From: a bacterium
Lineage (GTDB): Bacteria > SAR324 > NAC60-12
Reading direction: 5' to 3'
Assembly (NCBI GenBank): GCA_965209155.1
Contig: OZ242383.1
Coordinates: 3,360,001-3,424,000, forward strand
Length of the DNA stretch: 64,000 nucleotides
Position numbers and translations under genes: made by a program. The notes under the pieces are model-generated. The model was not told the DNA's origin. It worked only from the letters and a program-made list of their open reading frames with translations, and ran no database searches. This document shows, piece by piece, positions 9,617-20,664 of this stretch (position 1 is its first letter; each line of letters begins with the position of its first letter).

Positions 9617-9859
9617 ATGTCATTGGAACTCTACTATTATAACGAGTGCGAATTTTCACGAAACGTTTTGAATATCATTAAAAATCTGAAGATCGAGGAG
9701 CGAATCGTCCTGAAAAATATTCGCGAAAATCCGCAATATGAAAAAGAATTGATCGTGCTGTGCGGGAATCGTCAGGTACCGACTCTCAACATCAATGGAC
9801 AGGCTATGCGGGAATCTGAAGCGATCAATGCGTATTTGCTCGACCGATTTTTAGATTGA
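9617..9859 (+). CDS. Glutaredoxin-like protein, monothiol (CEFS)
   Basis: Paralogue of 8581-8826; CxxS motif, QVPTL and ESEAI. Confidence 0.8.
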   Translation: MSLELYYYNECEFSRNVLNIIKNLKIEERIVLKNIRENPQYEKELIVLCGNRQVPTLNINGQAMRESEAINAYLLDRFLD

Positions 9860-9908
9860 GTTCGAGAAGGAAGAAGGAAACGACTTTTTGTTCTCCTATT
9901 TCCTTCTC

Positions 9909-10460
9909 TCAAGTGGCCTCCAACCCTCTGGCAACAATCACCTTTCCGGAACGAACCATTTCAATAATTCCAATCGGGTTGAGAATTTTTTCCAGGGCAT
10001 CGAGCTTCTCGGTAGTACCAGTGGCTTCCAGAATCAAGGATTCCTCGGTGAAGTCGACGATTTTTGCGCGAAAGACTTCTACGATCTGAAAAACCTCAGC
10101 GCGATCTTCGGTTTTAACTCTCATTTTGAACAAAGCCAGTTCCCGTTCTACGGAACTCTGAGAAACGTGGTGATAGGCATGCACTACGTCAATCAGCTTA
10201 TTCAGTTGCCGGATGATTTGATCGAAGCCTTGCGGGTCCCCTTGGGTCACTATAGTGATTCGCGAAAAACGAGGATTGTGTGCGCGGGAAACAACCAGAG
10301 AGTCGATGTTATAACCACGTCTGGCGAATGTTTGAGTGAGCCGCATTAAAACCCCCGGTTTGTTGTTGACCATGATGCTGATGGTTTTAGGATCTTCGAT
10401 TTCTTGCCACTCCACTTTGTTCGTTATTGTTTCCATATCAATTTCCGTAAAGGCGCGCAC
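9909..10460 (-). CDS. ilvN: Acetolactate synthase small regulatory subunit
   Basis: [25 protein letters not shown] and ERELAL motifs; start may be slightly downstream. Confidence 0.93.
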   Translation of the reverse strand: MRAFTEIDMETITNKVEWQEIEDPKTISIMVNNKPGVLMRLTQTFARRGYNIDSLVVSRAHNPRFSRITIVTQGDPQGFDQIIRQLNKLIDVVHAYHHVSQSSVERELALFKMRVKTEDRAEVFQIVEVFRAKIVDFTEESLILEATGTTEKLDALEKILNPIGIIEMVRSGKVIVARGLEAT

Positions 10461-10478
10461 AAAAAGTCTTCAGGAGAA

Positions 10479-12188
10479 TCAGGTACTGCCGGTTGGTTTT
10501 TCCATTTGAAACTTTGGCGCTTCAAGCAACATATCCTTGACCGGCGCGCCTGCCGGAATCATCGGGTAGACATTGTCTTCTTTTATCACGACCGCATCGA
10601 TAATACAGGGCCCTTCATTGTATGCCAGCGCTTTTTTAAGAATGCGCGTAACATCCCCCCGTCGACGAATGTGATATCCCTGGATTCCATAAGCTTCTCC
10701 CAACTTTACAAAATCAGGATTTCCGTCCAGGTCAACTCCACTCAAACGGTTTTCAAAGAACATTTGCTGCCATTGTCTCACCATTCCCAAATAAGCGTTG
10801 TTGATGATGAGGATTTTGATTGGAAGTTTATGAATGGCTGCCGTTGCCAGTTCTGCTTCGGTCATTTGAAATCCCCCGTCTCCGACGATAGCCACAACCA
10901 TTTCGTCCGGCCTTCCGAGCTGTGCTCCAATTGCAGCAGGAAAGCCGAATCCCATCGTTCCTGCGCCACCACTGGATATCCATTGACGCTCCCAAGTACA
11001 TTTGTAGAATTGGGCCGCCCACATCTGGTGTTGTCCTACATCGGTAGTGACAACGGCTCTCCCTTCCGTCAGGTGGTAGAGTTCATCGAGTACGTGCTGA
11101 GCGCGTAATCCTCCACGCTTTGGATATTTCAAGGGATATTGTTTTTTCCATTGGTTGATTTGTTGGAACCATTGTTTTGTGTCCAGCTTTTTAACGTACT
11201 TGTATAATTCTTCCACGACAATCCGGGCATCGCCCTGAATGGATACGTCTGGTTGAACAATTTTGCCGAATTCCGCCGGATCGATGTCAATGTGCAGTTT
11301 TTTGGCAGCGGGGCAGAATTCATCCACTTTCCCGGTTATCCGGTCGTCCCAACGCGCTCCGATCGCAAAAATCAAATCACAGTCAACGACCGCTTTATTC
11401 GCATAAGCGGTTCCGTGCATTCCCAACATGCCTACCGAAAGGTCGTCTGTTTCGGGAAATGATCCCTTTCCCAACAAAGTCGTTGTGACCGGGGCACGTA
11501 ATTTTCTGGCCAGTTTCAAGATTGCTTTTCCTGCGCCAGAAATAACAGCCCCATGTCCTATGTACAACAAAGGACGCTTGGATTCGTTCAACAATTTCGC
11601 TGCCTTTTTCAGTTGATCCGTATTGAATCGAAACTTGGGATCGTTTGTATAACCGGGAAGATCCAATTCGTTGGGAAAGGTGGTTTTGCATTCGGCACTG
11701 ACCACGTCTTTAGGCAGATCAACCAATACAGGCCCCGGACGACCCGTGGTCGTGATAAAGAACGCTTCGGTCATTACACGGGGAAGATCATCGACATCCT
11801 TAACCAGGTAACTGTGCTTCACCACAGGCATGGTGATTCCAAATATATCCCCTTCCTGGAAAGCGTCTTTGCCCAGGTTCGGAGTGATGGTTTGCCCTGT
11901 CAGGACAACAATCGGAGCCGAATCCATTTGAGCCGTGAGGAGTCCCGTGACCGTATTGGTCGCGCCAGGACCGGAAGTCACTAAGACCACTCCAGGCTTG
12001 CCTGTCGCCCGTGCATATCCATCTGCCATATGTGCCGCACCCTGTTCATGCCGGACCAGGATCAGCTTCAGCTTTTTTGAATCAAACAAAGCGTCAAAAA
12101 TCGGCATGCAAGCGCCACCCGGATAACCAAATACATACTCCACACCGGCCCGTTCCAAGGCTTCGATTACTACTTCCGAACCGTTCAT
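10479..12188 (-). CDS. ilvB: Acetolactate synthase large subunit
   Basis: FGYPGG, RHEQGA, TSGPGATN, DVGQHQMW and GDGGFQM motifs; ATG at 12188 (ORF extends to 12230). Confidence 0.96.
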   Translation of the reverse strand: MNGSEVVIEALERAGVEYVFGYPGGACMPIFDALFDSKKLKLILVRHEQGAAHMADGYARATGKPGVVLVTSGPGATNTVTGLLTAQMDSAPIVVLTGQTITPNLGKDAFQEGDIFGITMPVVKHSYLVKDVDDLPRVMTEAFFITTTGRPGPVLVDLPKDVVSAECKTTFPNELDLPGYTNDPKFRFNTDQLKKAAKLLNESKRPLLYIGHGAVISGAGKAILKLARKLRAPVTTTLLGKGSFPETDDLSVGMLGMHGTAYANKAVVDCDLIFAIGARWDDRITGKVDEFCPAAKKLHIDIDPAEFGKIVQPDVSIQGDARIVVEELYKYVKKLDTKQWFQQINQWKKQYPLKYPKRGGLRAQHVLDELYHLTEGRAVVTTDVGQHQMWAAQFYKCTWERQWISSGGAGTMGFGFPAAIGAQLGRPDEMVVAIVGDGGFQMTEAELATAAIHKLPIKILIINNAYLGMVRQWQQMFFENRLSGVDLDGNPDFVKLGEAYGIQGYHIRRRGDVTRILKKALAYNEGPCIIDAVVIKEDNVYPMIPAGAPVKDMLLEAPKFQMEKPTGST

Positions 12189-12424
12189 TTTCTCCCCCCT
12201 TGCCACTATGAGTGCCTTCCCATCGAACACTGTTATCGCTAAAAAACAAGATCTCTTTTATAATCGTGACAATTTATATTCATTTTGGAATCAAATGTCA
12301 ACTCATAGTATAGATTTTCATTTGTCGAGTGAAATTTTTTTTTGAGGCGCAACTTTCCTCTTTAAAAAATGAGATAGAAAGTCTACATCTGAACTTGTAG
12401 TCAACTTTTTAGAAAAATGATCCA

Positions 12425-12991
12425 TAATTAATCTCATTAAACCACCAGCTCTGCTGGTGCGAACCTAATAGGCTTTTTCGGTCAGACATGAGAAACGTAT
12501 CCGTGTCCGTTAGCCGTGCTCGTGCTCGTGAACGGTCAGTGAATTCGATGGCACATTTTGGTTAACATAGAAACAATGCGATGAAGTAACTGTTTCCCTT
12601 CGTCAAATAAAGGAGGCTGGATGATCTTCAACACGTTTAAAACATCGAGAATAGCAGCGCATTCCATTGCGGAACCTCGGGCAAATGCATAGAATCGTTG
12701 CTTGTCAGGAAAGGAATTTTTTCCACAGCCTTCTGCGATATTGAGAGGAATCGACCATGAGGTCCTTTTCAGTTGGTCAACTAAGGCTGAGTATCCTTTT
12801 GGCAATGTTTCGATGACTTGGACAGATAACGCTAAAAATTCGATGGAACATTGGTATACATCAAGTTTTTCATGATCTAACATGGCAGCCTTTTTCGTTC
12901 ACGAGCACGAGCACGTCATACGATGACGAACACGTTTTGCCCTCATACTGGGGGCCTCTTCAAGCCACCGGCTCTGCCGGTGGTGATGACT
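12425..12991. mobile_element. 567-bp non-autonomous IS200/IS605-end element, copy 2
   Basis: Colinear with 2992-3558 at a constant offset of 9433. Confidence 0.85.
12536..12883 (-). CDS. Four-helix-bundle protein, copy 2
   Basis: 115 aa; four residue differences from 3103-3450. Confidence 0.9.
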   Translation of the reverse strand: MLDHEKLDVYQCSIEFLALSVQVIETLPKGYSALVDQLKRTSWSIPLNIAEGCGKNSFPDKQRFYAFARGSAMECAAILDVLNVLKIIQPPLFDEGKQLLHRIVSMLTKMCHRIH

Positions 12992-13653
12992 CCTTCCGTT
13001 CATCGAACAAATCAGCATTTGGGGCTGGTCAAGGGGAGTTCGAAAAGGCGGAGCAACCGTTTATTTTCCTGCAGGTGGGTTCAGCCTGGGACGAACCTAC
13101 GATTGGCTGAAACATTGATGTATGGGTTTCCTCAAAGACTGCGCACTCGATTCAGGTGAGTACGGTATATGATTTTCCCCACGGTTGGTCACGCCCTGAT
13201 AAAATAAGGAAAAGTGAGATATTTAACATTCAAACTCATTTGCGCTTCTTTTGGGAATTAGTGAGAAAAACTTTGAAGTCGAATTTAATTTGCATTTTCT
13301 CTCCGATTCATGTAAGTTAAGCCGTTTGAACGCATAAAAGCTTTGATTAAAGCAAAAAGAGCAGGTAATTTTTACGTGGGAATTTCCTTTCAGTTTTAAT
13401 TGGCAGAGAAGAGGTTGCGCGAATTGATAAACAAGCAACGAAATTTGCTGAAAACTGAAAGAATGCATATTGAGAAACAATCCTCCTACCCAAAGAAAAC
13501 ACCGCGTCTTCTATTAATTGGGTTCCCATTTTGTCGTCAGATTGGCTCAAAATCCAGTCCTGAAGATTCCAAAAGGTTCAAAGATTCCAGACGAATTTGC
13601 ACCTGATTATGCCAATTTGAGTGAAACAAAGACTCCAGAAAGGGGAAAACATT

Positions 13654-16600
13654 ATGCAAACAGGTTATCCGGTTAAACAAGGACTTTACGATCCTCAATT
13701 CGAACACGACAGTTGTGGAGTATCCTTTGTTGTCGATATGAAGGGACGCAAGTCCCACGGCATAATAGAAAAAGGTCAGCAATTGCTTTGCAATTTGAAT
13801 CACCGCGGTGCCTTGGGCGCCGATCCGAAGTCAGGAGATGGCGCGGGGCTCCTGCTGCAGATTCCCCATGAATTTTTTGTGGAACAATGCCAGAAGCAGG
13901 GAATTGCGCTTCCCGAAGAAGGCGAGTATGGCATTGGAATGATTTTTTTCCCCCGTGACGAGAAGCACCGGCATTTTTGCAAACAAGTGATTGAAAACAT
14001 CGTCATCGGAGAAGGATTGCATCTCCTCGGCTGGCGTGACGTTCCCGTCGATTCGAAACATGTGGGACAACAAGCCGCAGAAATACGACCGGTGATTGCG
14101 CAAATTTTTATTGGTCAAAACAAAACGTCGATTCCACAAGAGGCGTTTGAGCGCTTACTTTACGTCGTTCGCAAACAAATACAAAACTCTATCGATTTTG
14201 AAAACTTCACCATCTCCAGCATGTCTTCGAAAACAATTGTTTATAAAGGCATGCTCACTCCTTATCAATTGGGAAAGTTTTATCAGGACCTGCCCCAGGA
14301 AAATTTTAAGAGCGCCTTGGTGGTTGCGCACACGCGATTTCCGACCAATACTTTTCCCCGGTGGGACCTGGCGCATCCATTCCGTTATCTGGCGCATAAT
14401 GGAGAAATCAACACCCTGCGGGGAAACACTAATTGGATGACAGCGCGCCAGGCAATTCTGGCTTCACCACTGTACGACCATATTGAAAAGCTTTTTCCTG
14501 TGATCGTACCAGGAGGAAGCGATTCTTCCAGTATGGACAACGTCATCGAATTCCTGACTCTTTCCGGCTATTCTCTTGCGCATGCCATGATGATGCTGGT
14601 TCCGGAAGCTTGGGAGAATAATCCGGACATGACTGCCAAAAAGCGAGCATTTTATCAATATCATGAACATTTGATGGAACCCTGGGATGGTCCGGCTGCC
14701 CTGGCTTTTACGGATGGCGAGCAAGTTGGCGCCATTTTGGACCGCAATGGCCTGCGACCGGCGCGTTATATTGTCACAAAGGATGACCTGGTGGTAATGG
14801 CCTCGGAGGTTGGAGTCCTGGATATCCCGCCTGAAGACATCGCTCGCAAAGGACGATTGCAACCGGGAAAAATGTTTTTAATAGATACAAAACAAGGTCG
14901 TATCATCGATGACGCCGAATTGAAGGAAGATATCTGCGGTCGATACCCCTACGAGCAATGGTTGGTGAACCAGATGATCCTCTTGAAAGAATTACCTGCT
15001 CCCAATGAAATTCAGAAGACGGATTTTGATACGCTTTTAGCACGTCAGAAGGTGTTCGGTTACACCACGGAAGACCTGCATATACTGCTCGAACCACTAA
15101 TGGTCGACGGTTCGGAAGCGACCGGTTCCATGGGAAATGATGCGCCTCTCGCGGTGCTTTCAGAGCAGCCGATCTTGCTCTATAACTATTTTAAGCAGAT
15201 TTTTGCCCAAGTGAGTAACCCGGCCATCGATTCCATCCGGGAAGAGTTGGTGATGTCGCTGACCAGTCACCTGGGGAAAGAACGAAACCTCTTGAATCCA
15301 ACTCCGGTACATGCCCATTTGTTGAAAATCGAGCATCCGGTTTTGACTAATAGACAACTGGAACAAATCAAAGAACTGCACCGCGAGGATTTCAAAACGA
15401 TCACCTTGAGCATTTTATTTGAAGCAAAACAGGGTCCCCCAGGTATGAAAACAGCACTGGACTCCCTTTGCCAGCAGGCCGAAGAAGCTGCGCGAACGGG
15501 ACACGTCGTGCTCATCCTTTCGGATCGTGGCGTTAACGACAAGCTGGCGCCCATTCCGGCTTTATTGGCAGTGGCTGCTACGCATCATCACTTGATCCGC
15601 AAACGATTGCGTACTTCAGCAGGGATTGTCATCGAAACGGGAGAGGCGCGGGAAGTCGCGCACTTTTGTCTGTTGATCGGTTATGGCGCAGGGGCCGTCA
15701 ATCCTTACCTGGCATTTGAGACTTTTGAACAAATGTTGCGGGAAGGTACGTTTTCCCCGGATCTGACCTATGAAAATGCTATCCGGAATTATTTAAAAGG
15801 CGTCAAAAAAGGGCTGTTCAAAGTCTTTGCGAAGATGGGGATATCCACGATTCAAAGCTACCGGGGCGCCCAGATTTTCGAAGCGATTGGTCTCGATGAA
15901 GAGTTGATCGACAATCACTTCGCCGGTACGCCTTCCCGCATCAGGGGCATTGGATTGGAGGACATCGCGGAAGAATCTCTGATGCGTCATGCCGAAGCCT
16001 ACCAATATTCTCCGGACGTGGAAAATACCCTGGAGCCGGGAGGTCAATATTTCTGGCGCCGTCGTGGAGAATACCATCAAATCAATCCGATAACGGTCCA
16101 TAAACTACAGAATGCCGCCCAAAACAACAATGAGGAGGCTTACCGGGAATTCTCCAGAATTGTCAATGACCAAAATAAAAAAAGAGCCACTCTGAGAGGT
16201 TTGTTGGAATTTAAAAAAGGGAATCCGATTCCCCTTGAAGACGTGGAACCTGCCGAGGAAATTGTCACGCGCTTCGCCACGGGAGCGATGTCTTTGGGGT
16301 CTATCAGTAAAGAAGCCCATGAAACGCTTGCCGTTGCCATGAATCGTATAGGCGCAAAAAGTAACAGTGGGGAAGGTGGAGAAGATCCACTGCGCTACCA
16401 TCGACTGGAGAACGGGGACTGGCCTATCAGTTCCATCAAACAGGTCGCCTCGGGACGATTTGGGGTGACCGCTGAATATCTGGTCAACTGCAACGAACTG
16501 CAAATCAAAATCGCTCAAGGAGCAAAACCGGGTGAAGGAGGACAGTTGCCGGGTTTTAAAGTAAGCGGGTATATTGCTAAAGTGCGCTATTCGACGCCTG

Positions 16601-18147
16601 GCGTATCCCTGATTTCCCCTCCTCCACATCACGATATCTATTCGATCGAGGATTTGGCACAATTGATCTTCGACTTGAAAAATGCCAATCCCGAAGCACG
16701 AATCACAGTCAAATTGGTTTCCGAAGCAGGAGTGGGAACGATTGCCGCAGGCGTGACCAAAGGACATGCCGATATGATTGTCATTTGCGGACACGACGGA
16801 GGAACCGGGGCCTCTCCCCTGACCTCTATCAAACACGCGGGAGTTCCATGGGAACTGGGTATTTCCGAAACCCATCAAACATTACTCCTCAATCGATTGC
16901 GGGGGCGTGTACGTTTACAAACAGATGGACAGCTGAAAACCGGCAGGGACGTAGTCATTGCCGCTATGTTGGGTGCGGAGGAGTTCGGTTTTTCCACGGC
17001 CCCCTTGATTGCAGCGGGTTGTATCATGATGCGAAAATGCCATCTCAATACATGTCCCGTGGGAATTGCCACCCAAAATCCCGTATTGCGAAAAAAATTT
17101 ACAGGACAACCGGAACACGTGATCAATTACTTTTTCTTTATTGCCCGGGAAGTACGGGAGATTATGGCTCAATTGGGATTTCACGAATTTGATCAACTGG
17201 TGGGGCGTTCCGATATGTTGGAACCTCAGAAGGAAGTGAATCACCGCAAGGCAAAAAATGTGGATTTGTCTCAAATTCTGCACCAGGTACCGGCAGGCAG
17301 GAACGATTCAATCTATTGTACCCAACAACAAAATCACGGATTGAAAAAACAATTGGATTATCAATTGATTGAACTGGCGGAGAAAGCAATTGAAAAAAAA
17401 GAACCCGTCCGCATTTCAATGGATATCCGCAATATCAATCGCACGGTTGGCGCCATATTGAGCGGGACAATTGCCAAGAAATATGGATCGGTCGGACTGC
17501 CCGATGAAACCATTCATTGCAAATTGACCGGATCCGCCGGACAAAGCTTTGGCGCGTTTTTGGTTCATGGGGTCACTTTGGAATTGGAGGGCGATGCCAA
17601 CGATTACACGGGCAAGGGCCTCAGTGGTGGTAGATTGATCATATATTTTCCTGAAAATGTGACCTACAAGGCGGATGAAAATATTTTGATTGGTAATACT
17701 GTTCTCTATGGCGCAACCGGTGGGGAAGCTTATTTCAGCGGCGTGGCTGGTGAACGCTTTGCAGTGAGAAATAGCGGTGCCCTCACAGTTGTGGAAGGAG
17801 TTGGGGACCATGGGTGTGAGTACATGACCGGAGGTCGGGCCGTTATTCTCGGGAAAACCGGACGTAATTTCGCGGCAGGAATGAGTGGAGGAATTGCATA
17901 CGTTTTCGATGAGGATGGCTTGTTTCCGTCCCATTGCAACACGAGCATGGTTGAATTGGAAGATTTCGATAATCCGGAAGAACAACAGCAAGTGCGGGAT
18001 TGGATTTGGAAACATGCGCAGTATACCGGCAGCGTCAAGGCTCGTATGCTTTTGGATAACTGGGAGAATACCCTCAACCGGTTAATTAAAGTAATGCCAA
18101 TCGAATACCGTCTGGTCCTGGAAAAAACGAAAGCCCAAGCTGCTTAA
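13654..18147 (+). CDS. gltB: Glutamate synthase large subunit
   Basis: EHDSCGV N-terminal Cys, HNGEINT, QGAKPGEGG and CIMMRKCHLNTCPVG; ATG at 13654 after an AGGGG RBS. Confidence 0.98.
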   Translation: MQTGYPVKQGLYDPQFEHDSCGVSFVVDMKGRKSHGIIEKGQQLLCNLNHRGALGADPKSGDGAGLLLQIPHEFFVEQCQKQGIALPEEGEYGIGMIFFPRDEKHRHFCKQVIENIVIGEGLHLLGWRDVPVDSKHVGQQAAEIRPVIAQIFIGQNKTSIPQEAFERLLYVVRKQIQNSIDFENFTISSMSSKTIVYKGMLTPYQLGKFYQDLPQENFKSALVVAHTRFPTNTFPRWDLAHPFRYLAHNGEINTLRGNTNWMTARQAILASPLYDHIEKLFPVIVPGGSDSSSMDNVIEFLTLSGYSLAHAMMMLVPEAWENNPDMTAKKRAFYQYHEHLMEPWDGPAALAFTDGEQVGAILDRNGLRPARYIVTKDDLVVMASEVGVLDIPPEDIARKGRLQPGKMFLIDTKQGRIIDDAELKEDICGRYPYEQWLVNQMILLKELPAPNEIQKTDFDTLLARQKVFGYTTEDLHILLEPLMVDGSEATGSMGNDAPLAVLSEQPILLYNYFKQIFAQVSNPAIDSIREELVMSLTSHLGKERNLLNPTPVHAHLLKIEHPVLTNRQLEQIKELHREDFKTITLSILFEAKQGPPGMKTALDSLCQQAEEAARTGHVVLILSDRGVNDKLAPIPALLAVAATHHHLIRKRLRTSAGIVIETGEAREVAHFCLLIGYGAGAVNPYLAFETFEQMLREGTFSPDLTYENAIRNYLKGVKKGLFKVFAKMGISTIQSYRGAQIFEAIGLDEELIDNHFAGTPSRIRGIGLEDIAEESLMRHAEAYQYSPDVENTLEPGGQYFWRRRGEYHQINPITVHKLQNAAQNNNEEAYREFSRIVNDQNKKRATLRGLLEFKKGNPIPLEDVEPAEEIVTRFATGAMSLGSISKEAHETLAVAMNRIGAKSNSGEGGEDPLRYHRLENGDWPISSIKQVASGRFGVTAEYLVNCNELQIKIAQGAKPGEGGQLPGFKVSGYIAKVRYSTPGVSLISPPPHHDIYSIEDLAQLIFDLKNANPEARITVKLVSEAGVGTIAAGVTKGHADMIVICGHDGGTGASPLTSIKHAGVPWELGISETHQTLLLNRLRGRVRLQTDGQLKTGRDVVIAAMLGAEEFGFSTAPLIAAGCIMMRKCHLNTCPVGIATQNPVLRKKFTGQPEHVINYFFFIAREVREIMAQLGFHEFDQLVGRSDMLEPQKEVNHRKAKNVDLSQILHQVPAGRNDSIYCTQQQNHGLKKQLDYQLIELAEKAIEKKEPVRISMDIRNINRTVGAILSGTIAKKYGSVGLPDETIHCKLTGSAGQSFGAFLVHGVTLELEGDANDYTGKGLSGGRLIIYFPENVTYKADENILIGNTVLYGATGGEAYFSGVAGERFAVRNSGALTVVEGVGDHGCEYMTGGRAVILGKTGRNFAAGMSGGIAYVFDEDGLFPSHCNTSMVELEDFDNPEEQQQVRDWIWKHAQYTGSVKARMLLDNWENTLNRLIKVMPIEYRLVLEKTKAQAA

Positions 18148-18204
18148 TGGAAAAAGGTGGCGGGAACGAAGGAGCGATAATACTCAGTAGCAGGCAGGAA
18201 ATCA

Positions 18205-19722
18205 ATGGGTAAAGACACGGGTTTTTTAGAAATTGAAAAAGAAAACGTTCCCCGGCGTCCCATCGAGGAGCGTGTCTTGGATTATAAGGAGTATGATGAG
18301 CTCTATAGCGAATCAGCGATTCGTCAACAAGCATCGCGCTGTATGGATTGTGGCATTCCCTTCTGCCACACGGGGTGTCCTTTGGGCAACATGATTCCGG
18401 ATTGGAACGATTTGGTTTACCGGGGTCATTGGAAGGAAGCCCTCGATGCGCTTCACAGCACCAACAATTTCCCGGAATTTACCGGACGCATTTGCCCGGC
18501 TCCCTGCGAAGATGCCTGCGTCCTTAATGAGTATTATACCCTGGATTTGCAGGAGAGGCTTAAAAAGAAAAACGCAGTCACTATTGAACAAATCGAAAAA
18601 CACATCGCGGACCGTGGATGGGAGGAAGGGTGGATTCAACCCATTTTGCCTGAAAAATCCACCGGCAAGCAAATCGCAATTGTTGGATCAGGTCCCGCCG
18701 GACTGGCGGCTGCCCAACAGTTGAGACGCGTAGGTCATCAAGTGGTTGTCTTTGAAAAAGACGACCGGATTGGCGGATTGTTGGCCTATGGCATCCCGGA
18801 TTTCAAATTGGATAAGCTCAACGTAAAACGACGGATGCGACAAATGACGTCAGAAGGTGTAATTTTCAAAACAAACACGCATGTGGGGAAAGACATCAGC
18901 GTGGAAGAACTGCGTGGAGGTTACGATGCCGTTCTCTTGGCTATGGGAGCGCAACAAGCTCGAAAATTGAAGGTTCCCGGCAACGACCTGCGGGGAGTTT
19001 ATTACGCTATGGAATATTTACCACAGCAAAATCGAAGCAATGCCGGAGATTCGATTGATCCGAAATTCCGTATTTCCGCAGAGGGAAAAACTGCGACAAT
19101 TTTAGGGGGTGGATTCACGGGGGCCGATTGTCTGGGGACCCTCAACCGGCAAAAAGCGAAGAAGAAAGTCTATCAGTTTGAATTGGTCGATATGGTACCA
19201 CGCCCCACACCCGTTCACGAAGAAGCAGCCATGGATTGCCGTGCCGGTATTTTAACGGAAAAATTAATCGGAGATGAATTTGGGCGATTGAAGGCGCTGA
19301 AAGCGGTTCGGGTCAAATGGAAGCGGGAAAACGACAGTATGGTGATGGAAAAAATCCCAGGCAGCGAATTTGTTATTGAAACCGATATTCTCTTTCTTGC
19401 CCTCGGATTTTTGGGACCGACCATCGAAGGGATTGTAAATGATTTAGGCGTTCTTCTCCAGGTACGAGGTCAAAAAGAACTGCAATACCCACAAGAAATA
19501 CTCAAGATGCTGAAACAAAGAGATCTCATGTTTGCCATTCATTCCGGCGATGATTTCATGACCAACCTGGACGGTGTTTTTGTTGCCGGTGATTCGAGGC
19601 GCGGAGCTTCCCTGGTGGTTTGGGCGATTTGGGAAGGACGTGAGGCAGCACGATGTATTGATCTTTATTTGATGGGTAGTACGGAATTGCCCTCCTCTCC
19701 TCAGGCCGATATGATTGCATGA
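18205..19722 (+). CDS. gltD: Glutamate synthase small subunit
   Basis: RCMDCGIPFC, GRICPAPCE, GSGPAG and GASLVVWAI motifs. Confidence 0.96.
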   Translation: MGKDTGFLEIEKENVPRRPIEERVLDYKEYDELYSESAIRQQASRCMDCGIPFCHTGCPLGNMIPDWNDLVYRGHWKEALDALHSTNNFPEFTGRICPAPCEDACVLNEYYTLDLQERLKKKNAVTIEQIEKHIADRGWEEGWIQPILPEKSTGKQIAIVGSGPAGLAAAQQLRRVGHQVVVFEKDDRIGGLLAYGIPDFKLDKLNVKRRMRQMTSEGVIFKTNTHVGKDISVEELRGGYDAVLLAMGAQQARKLKVPGNDLRGVYYAMEYLPQQNRSNAGDSIDPKFRISAEGKTATILGGGFTGADCLGTLNRQKAKKKVYQFELVDMVPRPTPVHEEAAMDCRAGILTEKLIGDEFGRLKALKAVRVKWKRENDSMVMEKIPGSEFVIETDILFLALGFLGPTIEGIVNDLGVLLQVRGQKELQYPQEILKMLKQRDLMFAIHSGDDFMTNLDGVFVAGDSRRGASLVVWAIWEGREAARCIDLYLMGSTELPSSPQADMIA

Positions 19723-20543
19723 GCAAGAACAAGGTCATCTTTTTCAGTGCTCTCGGAATTTTTATCTGCTTCGCCGGGTACGCGTTGTGGCGTGAACTGG
19801 ACCGCAATCAAAAACAGATCCGGTCCGGGATCAGTGGCGTGGTCCATCTTGCATCCGGGATTGGGGCAGGAGTGGTGAGGACCGACAATGCCCATGTCAT
19901 ACTCATTGATCCACAGTCTCGACAACCTGTTGCTCTGAACACGCTCAATCCCCTTGTACCACCCCTGACATTTTATGTGGGGCAAGAACACGTCTTGGGA
20001 AACTATCAACTGCAAGGGGATTACCACCTGTTAATAGTGTCTGATAAAAATGGCAGGCTGGAAAACCCCGTTCCGGGGGAAGTGATTGGAGAAATTACGC
20101 CGCCACTTCCTCTTGCCACGGAAGGTTTTCAATACTATCTCAACAAACCGTTTCGAGAGTGGCCATTAAGGCCACAGTCCGATTTCAGGGAGGAAGATCC
20201 GGCTTTGACGATTCAAGGAAAATTGAAGGTCAAAGCCGAATTGACTGCGCAAGTTGAAGAGACGGACCGACTGGTGATACTGTTATTCGATCCCGAGCAG
20301 GCACGCCCGGTTGCCATTAAAATCATTCCGCACTTCTATGATGGTCAATCCTTTTCAATCGGGCAAATCCATGCGATGCCCGGACAGAATTTGCGAGGTT
20401 CGTACTCCTTGCGAATCCTCACCGATAAAAACAACCAACCCTTTCACCCGGCGCCTGGAGAAATCGTGGGACGTTCCACGGATCTCATTCCTTTGGGCAC
20501 GATGGGGTTAGAATTTGTTCTGGATCAAAATTATACGAATTGA
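19719..20543 (+). CDS. Membrane-anchored protein with two tandem Ig-like domains (CcmI/CycH C-terminal-like)
   Basis: N-terminal TM helix; two repeats of I(S/Q)G...DP...PVA...F.(V/I)GQ.H...DKN...PGE. Confidence 0.5.
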   Translation: MSKNKVIFFSALGIFICFAGYALWRELDRNQKQIRSGISGVVHLASGIGAGVVRTDNAHVILIDPQSRQPVALNTLNPLVPPLTFYVGQEHVLGNYQLQGDYHLLIVSDKNGRLENPVPGEVIGEITPPLPLATEGFQYYLNKPFREWPLRPQSDFREEDPALTIQGKLKVKAELTAQVEETDRLVILLFDPEQARPVAIKIIPHFYDGQSFSIGQIHAMPGQNLRGSYSLRILTDKNNQPFHPAPGEIVGRSTDLIPLGTMGLEFVLDQNYTN

Positions 20544-20664
20544 AGGCTGATGGATTTTGTCGGGAGGTACGTACTGAATTTTTTACTTGAATCACTTTCC
20601 ATTAAAATTTATTATTCAAGATTGACCAAAATTTCCACTTTCTCCATGCATAGGTCAGGAAATT

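Noticed and set aside
3103..12883. Diversity-generating retroelement (Avd-like genes plus near-identical repeats)
   Set aside because: No reverse transcriptase in the window, and the differences between copies are not adenine-specific
2992..12991. Composite transposon carrying argD to ilvB between the two 567-bp copies
   Set aside because: The cargo is housekeeping genes and there is no evidence of joint movement; independent insertions are the simpler explanation
12923..13606. Short ORFs upstream of gltB, and the matching ORF at 3490-3726
   Set aside because: They start within the element end or AT-rich intergenic DNA and have no recognisable motifs
16105..16878. Long antisense ORFs within gltB (and similar ones in ilvB, xdh and the permease)
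   Set aside because: Shadow frames of well-supported genes, with no motifs of their own
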